Source of the DNA: Macrostomum lignano
Taxonomy: Eukaryota
Reading direction: 5' to 3'
DNA: 64,000 bases
Assembly (NCBI GenBank): GCA_002269645.1
Contig: NIVC01000328.1
Coordinates: forward strand, 1-64,000
The notes below the pieces were generated by a model. It saw only the letters and a list, made by a program, of their open reading frames with translations. It made no database searches and was not told the origin of the DNA. This document shows, in pieces, positions 20,939 through 38,153 of this stretch (the first letter of the stretch is position 1; every line of letters begins with the position of its first letter). The position numbers and the translations under genes were made by a program.

Positions 20939-23900
20939 TCAAGCGGACGGCATCTCGTCCACCGGCTGCTTGGTCGGAGGCCGGTGCGGCTGCCCGACCC
21001 CGGAGTCAACGGGCGGACTGCGGTGCAGAGACGACCAGCCAGTCGAGGTGTTGGCCGACTTGACGCTGGCGGCGAGCCTGGTGGCGTTCCACAGCATGGC
21101 GCTGAGCTGCGAGTTGTGGGCGCCGCCCCAGCCCTGGAGACCCGCAGCGGCCGCGGTGGCCGAGGTCGCCGCCGACGAAGTCTTTGGCGGCAGCAGCATC
21201 GGCGGCACGATGGGCATCGCGGGCTGGGCGATCGCCTGCTGGCTGGCGGTGCCCGTCGACAAGTTCGCCGAGGCGGCGGCGGCGGCCGCAGAGGTGGCCG
21301 GGCGGCGGAAGGCGGCGTCGGCACCGGCAGCAGTCTCGAGTCCGGCAAAGTCGGCAGCAGCTCCGGCCTGGTTGAAGTGCTGGTTCAGCAGCCGGGTGCC
21401 TTGCAGGGCGTTGTTCTGCGAGATGCGGCAGGGAGGCTGGGTTTCAGTACAGTGGCTGTGGGTTTTAATACAGGGGCAGTGGGTTTGAGTACAGGGGCTG
21501 TGGGTTTGAGTACAGGGGCTGTGGGTTTGAGTACAGGGACTGGGGTTTTGAGTACAGGGACTGTGGGTTAGAGTACAGGGGCTGTGAGTTTGAGTACAGG
21601 GGCTGTGGGTTTGAGTACAGTGGCTGTGGGTTTGAGTACAGTGGCTGTGGGTTAAAGTACAGGGACTGGAAGTTTGAGTACAGGGACTGGGGTTTTGAGT
21701 ACAGGAACTGTGGGTTTGAGTACAGTGGCTGTGGGTTTGAGTACAGGGACTGTGGGTTTGAGTACAGGGACTGTGGGTTTGAGTACAGTGGCTGTGGGTT
21801 TGAGTACAGGGACTGTGGGTTTGAGTACAGGGGCTGTGGGTTTGAGTACAGGGGCTGTGGGTTTGAGTACAGGGGCTGTGGGTTTGAGTACAGGGGCTGT
21901 GGGTTTGAGTACAGGGACTGTGGGTTTAAGTACAGTGGCTGTGGGTTTTAATACAGGGGCTGTGGGTTTGAGTACAGGGGCTGTGGGTTTGAGTACAGGG
22001 ACTGTGGGTTTGAGTACAGGGGCTGTGGGTTTGAGTACAGGGGCTGTGGGTTTGAGAAGAGGGACTGTGGGTTTGAGTACAGTGGCTGTGGGTTTTAATA
22101 CAGGGACTGTGGGTTTGAGTACAGGGGCTGTGGGTTTGAGTACAGGGGCTGTGGGTTTGAGTACACTAACTCTGGGTTTTGGTACAGATACAATGCTAAA
22201 GTCGAGACGTGTAATGCAGGCAAGTCAACCAGGTGCACAGGAAAGTTCTGTGGTTGGTGCAGCATAAAAAATGATGAAAAAACACAAATTAAAACTACAA
22301 CCAACGACTTGAATTCTTCTGAATTTACTGCATCGCAAGCTTTTTTGTACCCAATTAACAGAAACAGAGAGTTAATGCGAACTCAATTCGAAGGCGGCCA
22401 GAAAAAACTGCTGGCATCAGCAGCCTCACATACCATGGCTCTGTACCAGCGAAATGTCTGCAATGGGTTTAAGAGGAGTGGAAAAAACATTGCAGAAGCT
22501 GGACAACACGCATCTTTTCCAGATGGTGCAGCAGGAGGCTCAAAATCATTTCCCGCCAGGATTAAAATGGCTGAATTAAAATCCATCGGCAAGCTGCAGC
22601 TCTGGTTGCTTGCCGGACTTACTCTGAGCAGGTACGGATGGGGCGGTCTGTGAAACAGCTGCTGAAATTGCCGAGTGGGAGCTGATGAAGTGCTGGGTCT
22701 CTGATGCAGTGAGGGATTCTGAACTGCGATTTGGGATTTCAACAATGGGTGCAAATGGTAGCTAATAAGCTAATGTTAAGAACACTGCAAGGCATGGTGC
22801 AGACACACTGCAAGGCATGGTGCAGACACTGCAAGGCATGGTGCAGACACACTGCAAGGCATGGTGCAGACACTGCAAGGGATGGTGCAGACACTGCAAG
22901 GATGGTGCAGACACTGCAATGCAAGGTGCAGACACACTCATGTCACAGCAGAGACACTCATGCCACAGCAGACACATTTATGACACAGCAGACACATATG
23001 TCACAGCAGACACACTCATGTCACAGCGGACACACTCATGTCACAGCAAACACTAAGAAATGGTGCAAAACACTGAAGTGACAACAAAAATGACAACATC
23101 AGAGAACCAAAATGCAAGAGTGCTCAAACCTGAGGCAGAAGCTTGTTGAGCGTGTGAGCCTTGTTTCCTGGCCCTCCAGAAATCTGGCTGCTGTGCATCA
23201 TCTGAGCCTGCATCTGCAGATTGGACAGCAGCATGGCCTGCAGTTGCTGCAGCTGCTGAGCCTGCATGGGCATCGGCAGACGGCGCTGGGCGGCTGCAGC
23301 GGCGGCGGCGGCGGCGGCTGCCTGCGATGAAGCTCCAGAGGAGAACATGGGCTGAGCCGTCGGCGGCTGCTGCTTTTGCGGCTGTGGTGGGGGCTGCGAA
23401 CGAGGCGGAAGCGGATGCTGAGCGATGAAGGGGGCAGCTGTGGGCTGAAGTGGCTTTGACTGCGGTGGCTGCTGCGGCGGCTGCGGCGGCTGCTGCTGTT
23501 GTGGCGGCTGCTGATGTTGCGGCGGGGCCTGGCGGCCGCCCGGAAGCAGAGGCGGCACAGAGGCCTGGCGACCTCCGGCAGAACTGGCAGAAGCAGCGTC
23601 GTGCATTTGCACCTGCAGGTCGCCAATCAGCTTGTAGATAGCACGGCTGTCCTTGCTGCCTCGGGAGCTGCGGTCCGAGCCGCTGGAAGCTGCGCCCAGG
23701 CTGCTCTCGATTTCTTCGAGCGTCCGCGCCTGCCCGTTCGGCGGCAGAACCGGCATGGCGGAGCCTTCAGCGGCGACTGCGGCGGGCGGCGGTGGTGGCG
23801 GAGCGGCCGCCTCAGATCCGAACAGCATCGACTTGAGGTTCGCCTCGACCTCCTGAGCGTGCAGCGGCCTTTGTGGTGGTGGAGGCGGCGGCGGCTGCGG

Positions 23901-26486
23901 CGGGCGGAGCAGGTGCATCAGCGACGGTCCAACGTTCGGTGCAGTCTGCGGCTGCTGATTGGTCTCATGTCCGTGCCTGCCGCGCATGTCCTGGAAGATT
24001 CGCTCAAGCTGCTGCTGAGCGCCATCTCGCTGCCCAGCCTCTGCTGCAGGTGGCTGCGGCTGCGGCTGCGACGGCTCGTCCACTGCCAGCCACTTGGCGA
24101 AGCGCGACGAGGAACCGCCGCCGCTCTCGAAGCTGCTGCTGCCTAGACCGAGTCCGTCGAGAGGCTGCTGCTTCTGCTGCTGCTGCTGCTGGGTGGCCTC
24201 CGTCTTCTTGGAGCCGCCGTCGCCCTCGGCCGCCTCCATGTCTTCGGGGAGGCCCGTCAACTCCAGCTTCTCCATCTTGTCCAGCGGTCCCTCATCGAAC
24301 CAGGCGGGCAGCTCCTCCTCCTCGGCGGGCCGATGTCGCGGAGGCTGGAAGCCGCCGCGGAGGCCTTGAGGATCGCGTAGGCCTTGGCTTCGCTCCCACC
24401 GGCCGGAGACACCCGGACCTCCTCGGCCGCTGCCGAAGCCGCCTCCGCCGACGCCCCCAGCGGTCGCTGGCCGGTCCGACCGGCGAACGAAGCCTCCGGC
24501 GGAGCCTCCGCCGCCAAGCCGAGACGGTCCGAAGCCCCTGGCGACGTCGTCCCGCGGCTCCTTCCTGCCGTCCGCCGCCGGCTCTGCAGACTTGGCCGCC
24601 TGCTGGGTCTCCGCTGCGTTGCCAGGCGGCCACCCGCGCTGCCTTTGCGTTGAAGACGCCGCGGGAGACGCCGCCTCCTCTTTGGTGCGTTCTGCGGAGT
24701 TACAGCGGTTTAGATGGTTGTTAGGACTTTTTAGTGAGTCTATTAAGTCCTTTTGGATCTCACTTTCTTTGATTTCTTGAGAAATTAATGAAAAAATTGT
24801 CATCAGTTACACAAAGTTTTGCTTGATCTATCCACTTGTCTTTGTAGGTTTTCTGGCTAAGCTTAAAATTATACTCAGCAAAATGGAAAAGTCGCCACTC
24901 TTTGTCTTAGTGAGCAATGTCTTTCGACCAGCGTCTTATCACCTGGCCAATCATTTTGATGTAAAAAATGCTAGGAAAAACAATGAAAACCGGGAGGAAG
25001 CTTCAATCCGTCCAATCTTTGCCCTTCGCTCTTCCCAATCCCTCCTCACCCAGCCCAAAACTCTGCGTCGCGTCGTGCAAGATGCGCCACTCAAAAGTCA
25101 ATACTGGGTAGAATTTACTGCGCACAAAGGTGGCGACGTTTTAATGTTGTTGAGTATATTTTAAGCGATCGCGGCAAAGATCTGAATCGCGCACATTCAG
25201 ATGATTGCGAGTAAGCGAGCCTTAAATTGTATACTGTACAGACCGCCAATGGTCAACTTAAGTCAACTTAACTGAGTTTGATGTCATTATGTAATCGCGA
25301 ATGCCATGGTCGTAAAACTATAATATAGTTTTATTGCAGACCCAGAGAGAAAGGAGAGGGAGGGTCGCGTAAAAGCGTAGGCGAGCCGCAGGCACAGCAG
25401 GAGACTAATCTAATCGATTGGCTAGGTCCAGGTCCAGGCGGACCAATGCAGTTTTTCTTACCCCCTCTATAACCCCTCCCCCAAATTCAAACCCTTCAGC
25501 CTGATAAATGTACATTTGTATATGTACATTCAACATCGATAATAAAAAGGCAAAGTGGCTGCACTTATAACCAATCGGCAGTTGTGGGGCAGTTTTTAAG
25601 GGAAAGGGGGTTTACGCATCAGGCAAACTGTTCACACCTCTCCTGATTCAGCAGACTGGCTTAAGCCCCTCTCTCACAGCTAAAATACTCAGTAATAGGA
25701 AAGGCATCATAGCATATGGAAGCACTTGCTATGACGTAAAGTTTTTTTTGGATAATTTCAAATAAAAAATAGGTGTAAAAACAATTTCTTTTCGAACTTA
25801 TGCGGAATGTGGGTTAAAAGTAACGCTAGCACAAAAGTGATGACAGAAGAGCCTACATAAAAAATTAATTGATGATCCATACGAAATTTTTTTGCAGCAG
25901 CCAGCAACTCACTTCTTCGTCTCGATGACCTTCCAAACGACTGGCTGTCTTCGGCGCTGGGCCCGCTGCTGTAAGATGGCTGCACCATGGCGGCACCACG
26001 AACTGAAAGTTCAGTTTGGTGCGATGATGATCAGCGAGTTGCAGCATCAACATAGTATTAATTATCAGGCAAGATGGCAGAAAAATGGCAGAAAATCTCA
26101 CCGTTCCTGACTCGCTCAATCTTCGTCTTGCCATCGAAGGCGCTCTTCCGCTCTCCCTCGAAGAGTTTCACAGGGTCCCACAGACCTCCGTCGCCCACGT
26201 ACGCTCTGTTCAGAGCCCTGGGCCAGGCTGATGACAGGCGAGAGTCGCGCATCTGCAGCAGCGTGTCCCGGTTGTAGCGGATCAGCTGTCGCTGCTGCTG
26301 TCTCTGACCAGCTTCGTGCTGGTGACGCTTGCTCCCAGCTCGGGGACCGCGAGGCTTCTTGCCTTGGCTTGTCTTGTCCTCCGTCTTGGCGCAGTTGTTG
26401 CTACCAGAGGCTGCGCTGGACAGCGAGGGCTGTGTGCTGTTGCTGCTGCTTGCATCCTTCTGCTGCTGATTGTTAGTGCTGCTCAT
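20939..26486 (-). CDS. EIF4ENIF1: eIF4E transporter (4E-T/Cup family); exons ~26486-26102, 24775-23130, 22718-22623, 21415-20939
   Basis: Canonical 4E-binding motif YNRDTLL followed by ..DGGLWDP, Cup-homology EELPAWFDEGP..ELTGL, SRFAKW, and a Q/P-rich C-terminus. GT-AG sites give consistent phases. Confidence 0.82.
21445..22165. repeat. 21-bp minisatellite (AGTACAGGGGCTGTGGGTTTG) in a 4E-T intron
   Basis: About 34 copies are directly visible. Confidence 0.95.
22786..23055. repeat. 21-24-bp degenerate tandem repeats in a 4E-T intron
   Basis: CACTGCAAGGCATGGTGCAGA units grading into CACAGCAGACACACTCATGT-type units. Confidence 0.85.
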
Positions 26487-28391
26487 TCTGAAAGTCAGTT
26501 CATCACATTCAAGTGTTTTAATGGAAATCCATCAAACTTGAAGGCTCTAATCTCTTATAAATATTAATGGGAAGTCTAGGTTAGATGAAAGACAATCCTT
26601 TAAAAATGAATGCTACTTAAAATTGAACAATAGTATACAAATATTTCGAATTCAATTATTTTTACAATATTATCACTACTACTTTTCTTTGTTTCTGGAT
26701 AAAATGTGATAAATAGCCTAGATGCGTTAGATCGAAGTGGGATATTGCATTTTTCCAAGCATAATCTAAATTAACTGCAATCATTTATTAATATTATTAT
26801 GAATTTCTACTAATATATTTATAATAATATAATTATAAAATATTTTGTAACTTTCAGTTTCAATATTTGAAAAGATATTTAAACTGAATGCATTTTGATA
26901 TACAAATTATTTGATTACATTGACAAAATGACTACTAAATCAACAAAACTAGCTCATTATTTATTTTAAAGTTGGTATGTACTTATTTCGACTTATTTCG
27001 ATTTATTACATAAATTAGATTTAAAAAATCACCGATATTTCTTAAATGGCTAAAAAAGCAAGCTATTAAGTTAAGTTTTTAATTAGGAAAAACTTACCTG
27101 AGCGTTAAAACCAACTTGCGATAGCTTACGAGCAAATAAATAAATAAGTGGCACGGTGACGATGGATAAGTCAACAGTCAATTGTATGGGATTTAAAATT
27201 GCGCAGTAGATGTACAGTGGAAATTCGTGTGAATTTTTCGAGCGTTTCTTTAAAGTTTAGACAATATGCTACTTGTAATTTTAAAAGATAAATTTAAAAC
27301 ATCTAATTTCCTTTAAAATAGAGTTGAACTTGAAAAATGTACAATGCTTTTGTTTAAAAGTGTGCCTCAAAATCCGAAAGTCCGGTGCATTTACATACTT
27401 TAACTACGACCAACTTAAACAATAAACATGTCAGCTTTTTTCAGCTCTTATTCAATTGATTCTGAGCCCATAATGGCGATTTTTCGTTCCCCTGAGACCA
27501 TTCGGATGGTGCAATTATTCTCCAATTTCCGTTCCAAATAGTGCATGAGGTCAGGAAAACAGGATCTGATATAGAGAAAACGGCTCAATCAGTCACCGCA
27601 TAAATTTGATAGCCTTAAGCTTAACAAAGAATTATTTTACGAGCTCGTTAGCATGTATTTTCTTCTCATTTGGGCGTGCTTTTCTTATCATTCTGAACCA
27701 TACATTTGCAGTTACAGGTAACCGTGAGATTTAGCATCGAATTGTTATACATGTATAACACGCTACTATATTAATTGATTTAGTGAATTTTTACGCTACA
27801 GTAAGAGCCATGCAATATATACAAGTGTGTATTTCCATTTATCATTAAAACAATTGTATAGCACAGCTCGAATCAACCTAGCTATAGCACATTGCAGACA
27901 ATCATTTTGACTGATCAGGCGTAGGAACGACTAAAAGTTAAATATAGCCGCTTTCTTTAATATACTTCAAAAATTATTCTTTATAGTATCAAAAAGTTTG
28001 AAAGTCAAAATTACGAGCGTCATATGTACGTCAATACAAACCACAGTTTCATGCCACTGCAGTCCCTGACCAACGGAGCTTCGCGGATTTCACACAATGC
28101 ACATACGCACAATGCACTGTGTGTACGCGACTTACACTCCTCTCTTCTCTCTCTGTTCCCTCTAGCTCTGCCCACTATTACAATCCAAGTCAATCGATTT
28201 TTTCAAATTCGTCCGGAGTTCTCAAACTCGTGCAGTGTACGGAGCTCACTGAGCTCACACAGAACAACAGATTCGCGACTCACATAAAACTATTCCACAA
28301 TCTACACGAGCACACCTCAACAGAAAATCGTGGTCTACCTTCTAGCAACCATCGGAGCTGAGCAGGTTTGTTCAACTGTGCAGGTACAGAA

Positions 28392-31144
28392 ATGAGCAAT
28401 CACGACCAGCTACTGAAAGAGCTGCGCATCAGAATTGCAAACGAGGAACCGCTGCCAGACGAAAACTACATTCAGGAGGATGAAACGTGAGTGCGTGGCA
28501 GAGTTGCCCCACTGTTTGTCTCTTAATGAAGCCAAAATTAGTCAATTCCATCCTCATGATCATGCAGAAAAATCCCCCTAGCATCATGTAGCCAAATCCC
28601 TAGATTAGTCATGGCATCAGCAATTTCCCATTGCCCAATGTCCGAACAGATTACTGCGATTTCTCAAAGCCCGTGAATGGAACATCGACGCCGCCGAGAA
28701 GCAGCTGCGCGACGCCATCGCTTGGAGACGGTCCTACAGGCCACTGACTGCCGACTGTCGCTGGTGCCAGCAGCAGCCTGGCTGTCACAGCATGGTAAGC
28801 AAGTTGGCTGCGCGATGCGAGCAACTCCCTACTGAGTCGTGGCATCTCAGCACCTTCCCCATTGAGCCATGGCATTTCAACAACTCCCAATTGAGCATCT
28901 CAGCAACTCCCCATTGGGTCAATTGGCATCTCAGCAACTCCCCATTGAGTCAATTGGCATCTCAGCAACTCTCCATTGAGTCCTGGCATCTCAGCAACTC
29001 CCCGTTGAGTCAATTGGCATCTCAGCAACTCCCCATTGAGTCAATTGGCATCTCAGCAACTCTCCATTGAGTCCTGGCATCTCAGCAACTCTCCATTGAG
29101 TCAATTGGCATCTCAGCAACTCCCCATTGAGTGCCATTCCCCCTCAATCCCACTCAGTGCCATCCCCCCTGAATCCCACTCAGTGCCATCCCCCCTCAGT
29201 CCCACTCAGTGCCATTCCCCCTCAGTCCCACTCAGTGACATCCCCCCTCAGTCCCACTCAGTGACATCCCCCCTCAGTCCCACTCAGTGACATCCCCCCT
29301 CAGTCCCACTCAGTGACATCCCCCCTCAGTCCCACTCAGTGACATCCCCCCTCAGTCCCGCTCAGTGCCATCCCCCCTCAGTCCCACTCAGTGCCATTCC
29401 CCCTCAGTCCCACTCAGTGACATCCCCCCTCAGTCCCACTCAGTGCCATTCCCCCTCAGTCCCAATCAGTGCCATTCCCCTTCAGTCCCGCTCAGTGCCA
29501 TTCCCAGTCAGTCCCGCTCAGTGCCATTCCCAGTCAGTCCCGCTCAGTGCCATCCCCCTCAGTCCCACTCAGTGCCATTCCCCCTCAGTCCCACTCAGTG
29601 CCATCCCCCCTCAGTCCCACTCAGTGCCATCCCCCCTCAGTCCCGCTCAGTGCCATCCCCCTCAGTCCCACTCAGTGCCATTCCCAGTCAGTCCCGCTCA
29701 GTGCCATTCCCAGTCAGTCCCGCTCAGTGCCATTCCCAGTCAGTCCCGCCAGTGCCATCCCCCCCAGTCCCGCTCAGTGCCATCCCCCTCAGTCCCGTTC
29801 AGTGCCATTCCCAGTCAGTCCCGCTCAGTGCCATCCCCCCTCAGTCCCGCTCAGTGCCATTCCCCCTCAGTCCCCCTCAGTCCCGCTCAGTGCCATTCCC
29901 CTTCAGTCCCCCTCAGTGCCGCTCAGTGCCATTCCCCCTCAGTCCCGCTCAGTGCCATCCCCCCTCAGTCCCGCTCAGTGCCATCCCCCCTCAGTCCCGC
30001 TCAGTGCCATCCCCCCTCAGTCCCGCTCAGTGCCATCCCCCTCAGTCCCGCTCAGTGCCATTCCCCCTCAGTCCCCCTCAGTCCCGCTCAGTGCCATTCC
30101 CAGTCAGTCCCGCTCAGTGCCATTCCCCTTCAGTCCCCCTCAGTGCCATTCCCCTTCAGTCCCTCTCAGTCCCGTCAGTGCCATCCCCTCAGTCCCGTCA
30201 GTGCCATCCCCTCAGTCCCGTCAGTGCCATCCCCTCAGTCCCGTCAGTGCCATCCCCTCAGTCCCGTCAGTGCCATCCCCTCAGTCCCGTCAGTGCCATC
30301 CCCTCAGTCCCGTCAGTGCCATCCCCTCAGTCCCGTCAGTGCCATCCCCTCAGTCCCGTCAGTGCCATCCCCTCAGTCCCGTCAGTGCCATCCCCTCAGT
30401 CCCGTCAGTGCCATCCCCTCAGTCCCGTCAGTGCCATCCCCTCAGTCCCGTCAGTGCCATCCCCTCAGTCCCGTCAGTGCCATCCTCAAATCGCCCGCAG
30501 GCATCAGCCTGCCAGCCTGCAACCCGCGCCTCGGCTACTCAGTCACGCAGGTGTTCAGCAACTTCTACCCGGAGCGTCTCGGCAAGGTGTTCTGCGTCAA
30601 TCACAGCGGCCTCTTTCACGGCGTCTGGTGCGCAATCCAGCGCTTCCTGCACCCGGCCACCGCCGCCAAGATGAAGATGCTGCGGGGCAAGTCGAAAATT
30701 CGTGACACCTTCGAGGCCTGGTTCCCGGCCGACCTGGCCGACTGGCTGCTCGAGGAGATGCGGCTCAATCGCAGCCGGAAGCACCTGCCCAGGCAGCGCC
30801 AATTTTGGCGCGGATCGGCGCCGGGCGAAGCGCCAGACGAGCACGATCCGCGCGGCTGCGCCGAGTACGTGGCGAAGTACGTCGAGGCCGCCCATCCGAG
30901 CGGCCACCTGCCTCATCCGAACATCGTCGCGCACAGAGAGGGTCGACTGCAGCAGCCGGCCGCTGCGCCGCCTCCGATGCCGAGCTCTTCATCGGCCGCG
31001 TCGCTTCAGTCGGCTGCCAGCGGCGCCGCTGCCGACTTCGACGACGAGGAGCAGCTGGAGTTGAACGGGGCCGCGGCGGCGGCGGCTTTAGAAATTCCCG
31101 AGGAGTTCGCCATACCCGAGGGAGCGGAAGTCATGACCAACTGA
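28392..31144 (+). CDS. CRAL-TRIO/SEC14-like protein; exons 28392-28486, 28650-28794, 30501-31144 (middle exon not found)
   Basis: TLLRFLKAREWNIDAAEKQL...WRR (CRAL-TRIO N) and FYPERLGKVFCVN..F..VW..I..FLHPAT..K. GT-AG sites are present, but exon 2 (phase 0) and the last exon (phase 1) are incompatible. Confidence 0.75.
28830..29135. repeat. 31-bp minisatellite (GAGTCAATTGGCATCTCAGCAACTCCCCATT)
   Basis: About 9 copies in the CRAL-TRIO intron. Confidence 0.9.
29130..30485. repeat. 26-bp grading to 23-bp minisatellite (CAGTCCCRCTCAGTGCCATTCCCCCT)
   Basis: Directly visible. It ends about 15 nt before the splice acceptor at 30500. Confidence 0.95.
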
Positions 31145-31228
31145 GAGCCCGCCTGCACCTCTGAATTGTTCCTTCTGGTCTTCCCGTTGAATTCTCTTCT
31201 GGCTTGCTTTGTTTGCGCGCCGATGCGG

Positions 31229-31900
31229 ATGTGAATGAAGATGTGAATGAAGATGTGAATGAAGCTGTGAATGAAGATGTGAATGAAGCTGTGAATGAAG
31301 CTGTGAATACAGACGTGAATGAAGACGTGAATGAAGCTGTGAATGAAGCTGTGAATGAAGCTGTGAATGAAGCTGTGAATGAAGCTGTGAATGAAGCTGT
31401 GAATGAAGCTGTGAATGAAGATGTGAATGAAGCTGTGAATACAGACGTGAATGAAGCTGTGAATGAAGCTGTGAATGAAGCTGTGAATGAAGCTGTGAAT
31501 GAAGCTGTGAATGAAGCTGTGAATGAAGCTGTGAATGAAGCTGTGAATACAGACGTGAATGAAGACGTGAATGAAGCTGTGAATGAAGCTGTGAATGAAG
31601 CTGTGAATGAAGATGTAAATGAAGATTTGATTGAAGATGTAAATGAAGATTTGAATGAAGATGTAAATGAAGCAGTGAAGTGAATACAGACGTGAATGAA
31701 GACGTGAATGAAGATGTGAATGAAGATTTGAATGAAAATGTGAATGAAGCTGTGAATACAGACGTGAATGAAGACGTGAATGAAGATGTGAATGAAGATT
31801 TGAATGAAAATGTGAATGAAGCTGTGAATACAGACGTGAATGAAGACGTGAATGAAGATGTGAATGAAGATGTGAATGAAGATGTGAATGAAGATGTGAA
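31229..31900. repeat. 12-bp minisatellite (GTGAATGAAGCT/GAT)
   Basis: About 55 copies downstream of the CRAL-TRIO stop codon. Confidence 0.95.
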
Positions 31901-32360
31901 TAGGGATGAAAGTGTGAGCAATCAAATGCGAAACAGAGCTTGTAGCGTTTTACTTCTCTCGAGAGTAAACCCCAGCCCCCATTATCAATGCTCTCAAGTG
32001 TCACACACGTAGAAATGAGTTCGCTACTTATCGTGTGTCCAGATCCCTGGTCAATCTGCGTTTGAAAGTAATGGAAACGAAAATTAGCAGGATTGCATTG
32101 ACTTTGCTTCCCTTAAGCCTACATGTGATATTGTACTGACACTTATAAGATTGGTGTCATTGAGTGGTGGAAAACTGTTAGAAGGATTACAAATTACTAA
32201 TATTCTTCCGAACTTAAACTTATACCGTTGTCCTCCATTTAAAAAATTCAATAAAATACGAGCGTAAAAAATGGTACTTTTTGAGTTTCACTCTGGTTGA
32301 CAGTGAATTTGGAAACTTAAAAGCCTTTCTTATTGTTTACTTAAATGGAGCTCGCAATCA

Positions 32361-32632
<272 letters not shown>

Positions 32633-33044
32633 CAGAATGAGCTCCCAGAAGAAGGGGTGTCCGGGCTGGCTGTACATAAGCACAAGCTATCGGCTAGACA
32701 ATGATCCCTAGCACAGTGGCCGCCAGCTGAAGTAGAGGGAAGCTGTACTTTGATATTCTTAGAAATGAGCTGAAGGCCGGTGAGGAACTTACTATATATA
32801 TTTTTCATATCGCTAAGTGCACTAAAATCGAGTTTTTTTACAGAATTTGTCTATGGCAAAACTCCATTCAGACTCCATTCTATTCAGAACTAAACAGACA
32901 AAGTGAATGACTAAATCGGGACACAAAAAATGGAAAAACAGTTGCACAAAAATGAGACAACAGTTATCAAGTGGCCTTCGGACTTTAGTTTGATTTTTTT
33001 ACAATTAAATGTTCTCAAAGACCAAAATAATGACTAATTATTAA

Positions 33045-36318
<3,274 letters not shown>

Positions 36319-36344
36319 TCTGGTGCTGTTGTTGCCGACGCTGA

Positions 36345-38153
36345 GTAGTTTAAGTTGGGTAGGGTCTGAGTAGCTTGAGTTGGGTAGGGTCTGAGTAGCT
36401 TGAGTTGGGTAGTGTCTGAGTAGCTTGAGTTGGGTAGTGTCTGAGTAGTTTGAGTTGGGTAGTGTCTGAGAAGTTTGAGTTGAGTAGTGTCTGAGAAGTT
36501 TGAGTTGGGTAGGGTCTGAAGAGTTTGAGTTGGGTAGTGTCTGAGAAGTTTGAGTTGGGTAGGGTCTGAGGAGTTTGAGTTGGGTAGGGTCTGAGGAGTT
36601 TGAGTTGGGTAGTGTCTGAGAAGTTTGAGTTGGGTAGTGTCTGAGGAGCTTGAGTTGGGTAGTGTCTGAGGAGTTTGAGTTGAGTAGTGTCTGAGAAGTT
36701 TGAGTTGGGTAGGGTCTGAGGAGTTTGAGTTGGGTCTGAGAAGTTTGAGTTGGGTAGTGTCTGAGAAGTTTGAGTTGGGTAGGGTCTGAGGAGTTTGAGT
36801 TGGGTAGGGTCTGAGGAGTTTGAGTTGGGTAGTGTCTGAGAAGTTTGAGTTGAGTAGTGTCTGAGAAGTTTGAGTTGGGTAGGGTCTGAAGAGTTTGAGT
36901 TGGGTAGTGTCTGAGGAGTTTGAGTTGGGTAGGGTCTGAGGAGTTTGAGTTGGGTAGTGTCTGAAGAGTTTGAGTTGGGTAGTGTCTGAGGAGTTTGAGT
37001 TGGGTAGGGTCTGAGGAGTTTGAGTTGGGTAGTGTCTGAGGAGTTTGAGTTGGGTAGTGTCTGAAGAGTTTGAGTTGGGTAGTGTCTGAGAAGTTTGAGT
37101 TGGGTAGTCACTGAGGAGTTTGAGTTGAATAGTGTCTGAGGAGTTTGAGTTGGGTAGTCACTGAGGAGTTTGAGTTGGGTAGGGTCTGAAGAGTTTGAGT
37201 TGGGTAGTGTCTGAGGAGTTTGAGTTGGGTAGGGTCTGAGGAGTTTGAGTTGGGTAGGGTCTGAGGAGTTTGAGTTGGGTAGGGTCTGAGGAGTTTGAGT
37301 TGGGTAGGGTCTGAGGAGTTTGAGTTGGGTAGTGTCTGAGGAGTTTGAGTTGGGTAGTGTCTGAGAAGTTTGAGTTGGGTAGGGTCTGAAGAGTTTGAGT
37401 TGGGTAGTGTCTGAGGAGTTTGAGTTGGGTAGTCACTGAGGAGTTTGAGTTGGGTAGTGTCTGAGGAGTTTGAGTTGGGTAGTGTCTGAGGAGTTTGAGT
37501 TGGGTAGTGTCTGAGAAGTTTGAGTTGGGTAGTGTCTGAGGAGTTTGAGTTGGGTAGTGTCTGAGGAGTTTGAGTTGGGTAGTCACTGAGAAGTTTGAGT
37601 TGGGTAGTGTCTGAGAAGTTTGAGTTGGGTAGTGTCTGAAGAGTTTGAGTTGGGTAGTGTCTGAGGAGTTTGAGTTGGGTAGTGTCTGAGGAGTTTGAGT
37701 TGGGTAGTGTCTGAGGAGTTTGAGTTGGGTAGTGTCTGAGGAGTTTGAGTTGGGTAGTGTCTGAGAAGTTTGAGTTGGGTAGGGTCTGAAGAGTTTGAGT
37801 TGGGTAGTGTCTGAGGAGTTTGAGTTGGGTAGTCACTGAGGAGTTTGAGTTGGGTAGTGTCTGAGGAGTTTGAGTTGGGTAGTGTCTGAGGAGTTTGAGT
37901 TGGGTAGTGTCTGAGAAGTTTGAGTTGGGTAGTGTCTGAGGAGTTTGAGTTGGGTAGTGTCTGAGGAGTTTGAGTTGGGTAGTCACTGAGAAGTTTGAGT
38001 TGGGTAGTGTCTGAGAAGTTTGAGTTGGGTAGTGTCTGAAGAGTTTGAGTTGGGTAGTGTCTGAGGAGTTTGAGTTGGGTAGTGTCTGAGGAGTTTGAGT
38101 TGGGTAGTGTCTGAGGAGTTTGAGTTGGGTAGGGTCTGAGGAGTTTGAGTTGG
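36345..38153. repeat. 27-bp minisatellite (GAGTTTGAGTTGGGTAGTGTCTGAGGA)
   Basis: About 65 copies immediately upstream of the GT32 ATG. Confidence 0.97.

Noticed and set aside
29339-30500. Pro/Ser-rich N-terminus of the 601-aa ORF
   Set aside because: It is read-through of an intronic minisatellite; the real exon starts at the acceptor at 30501.
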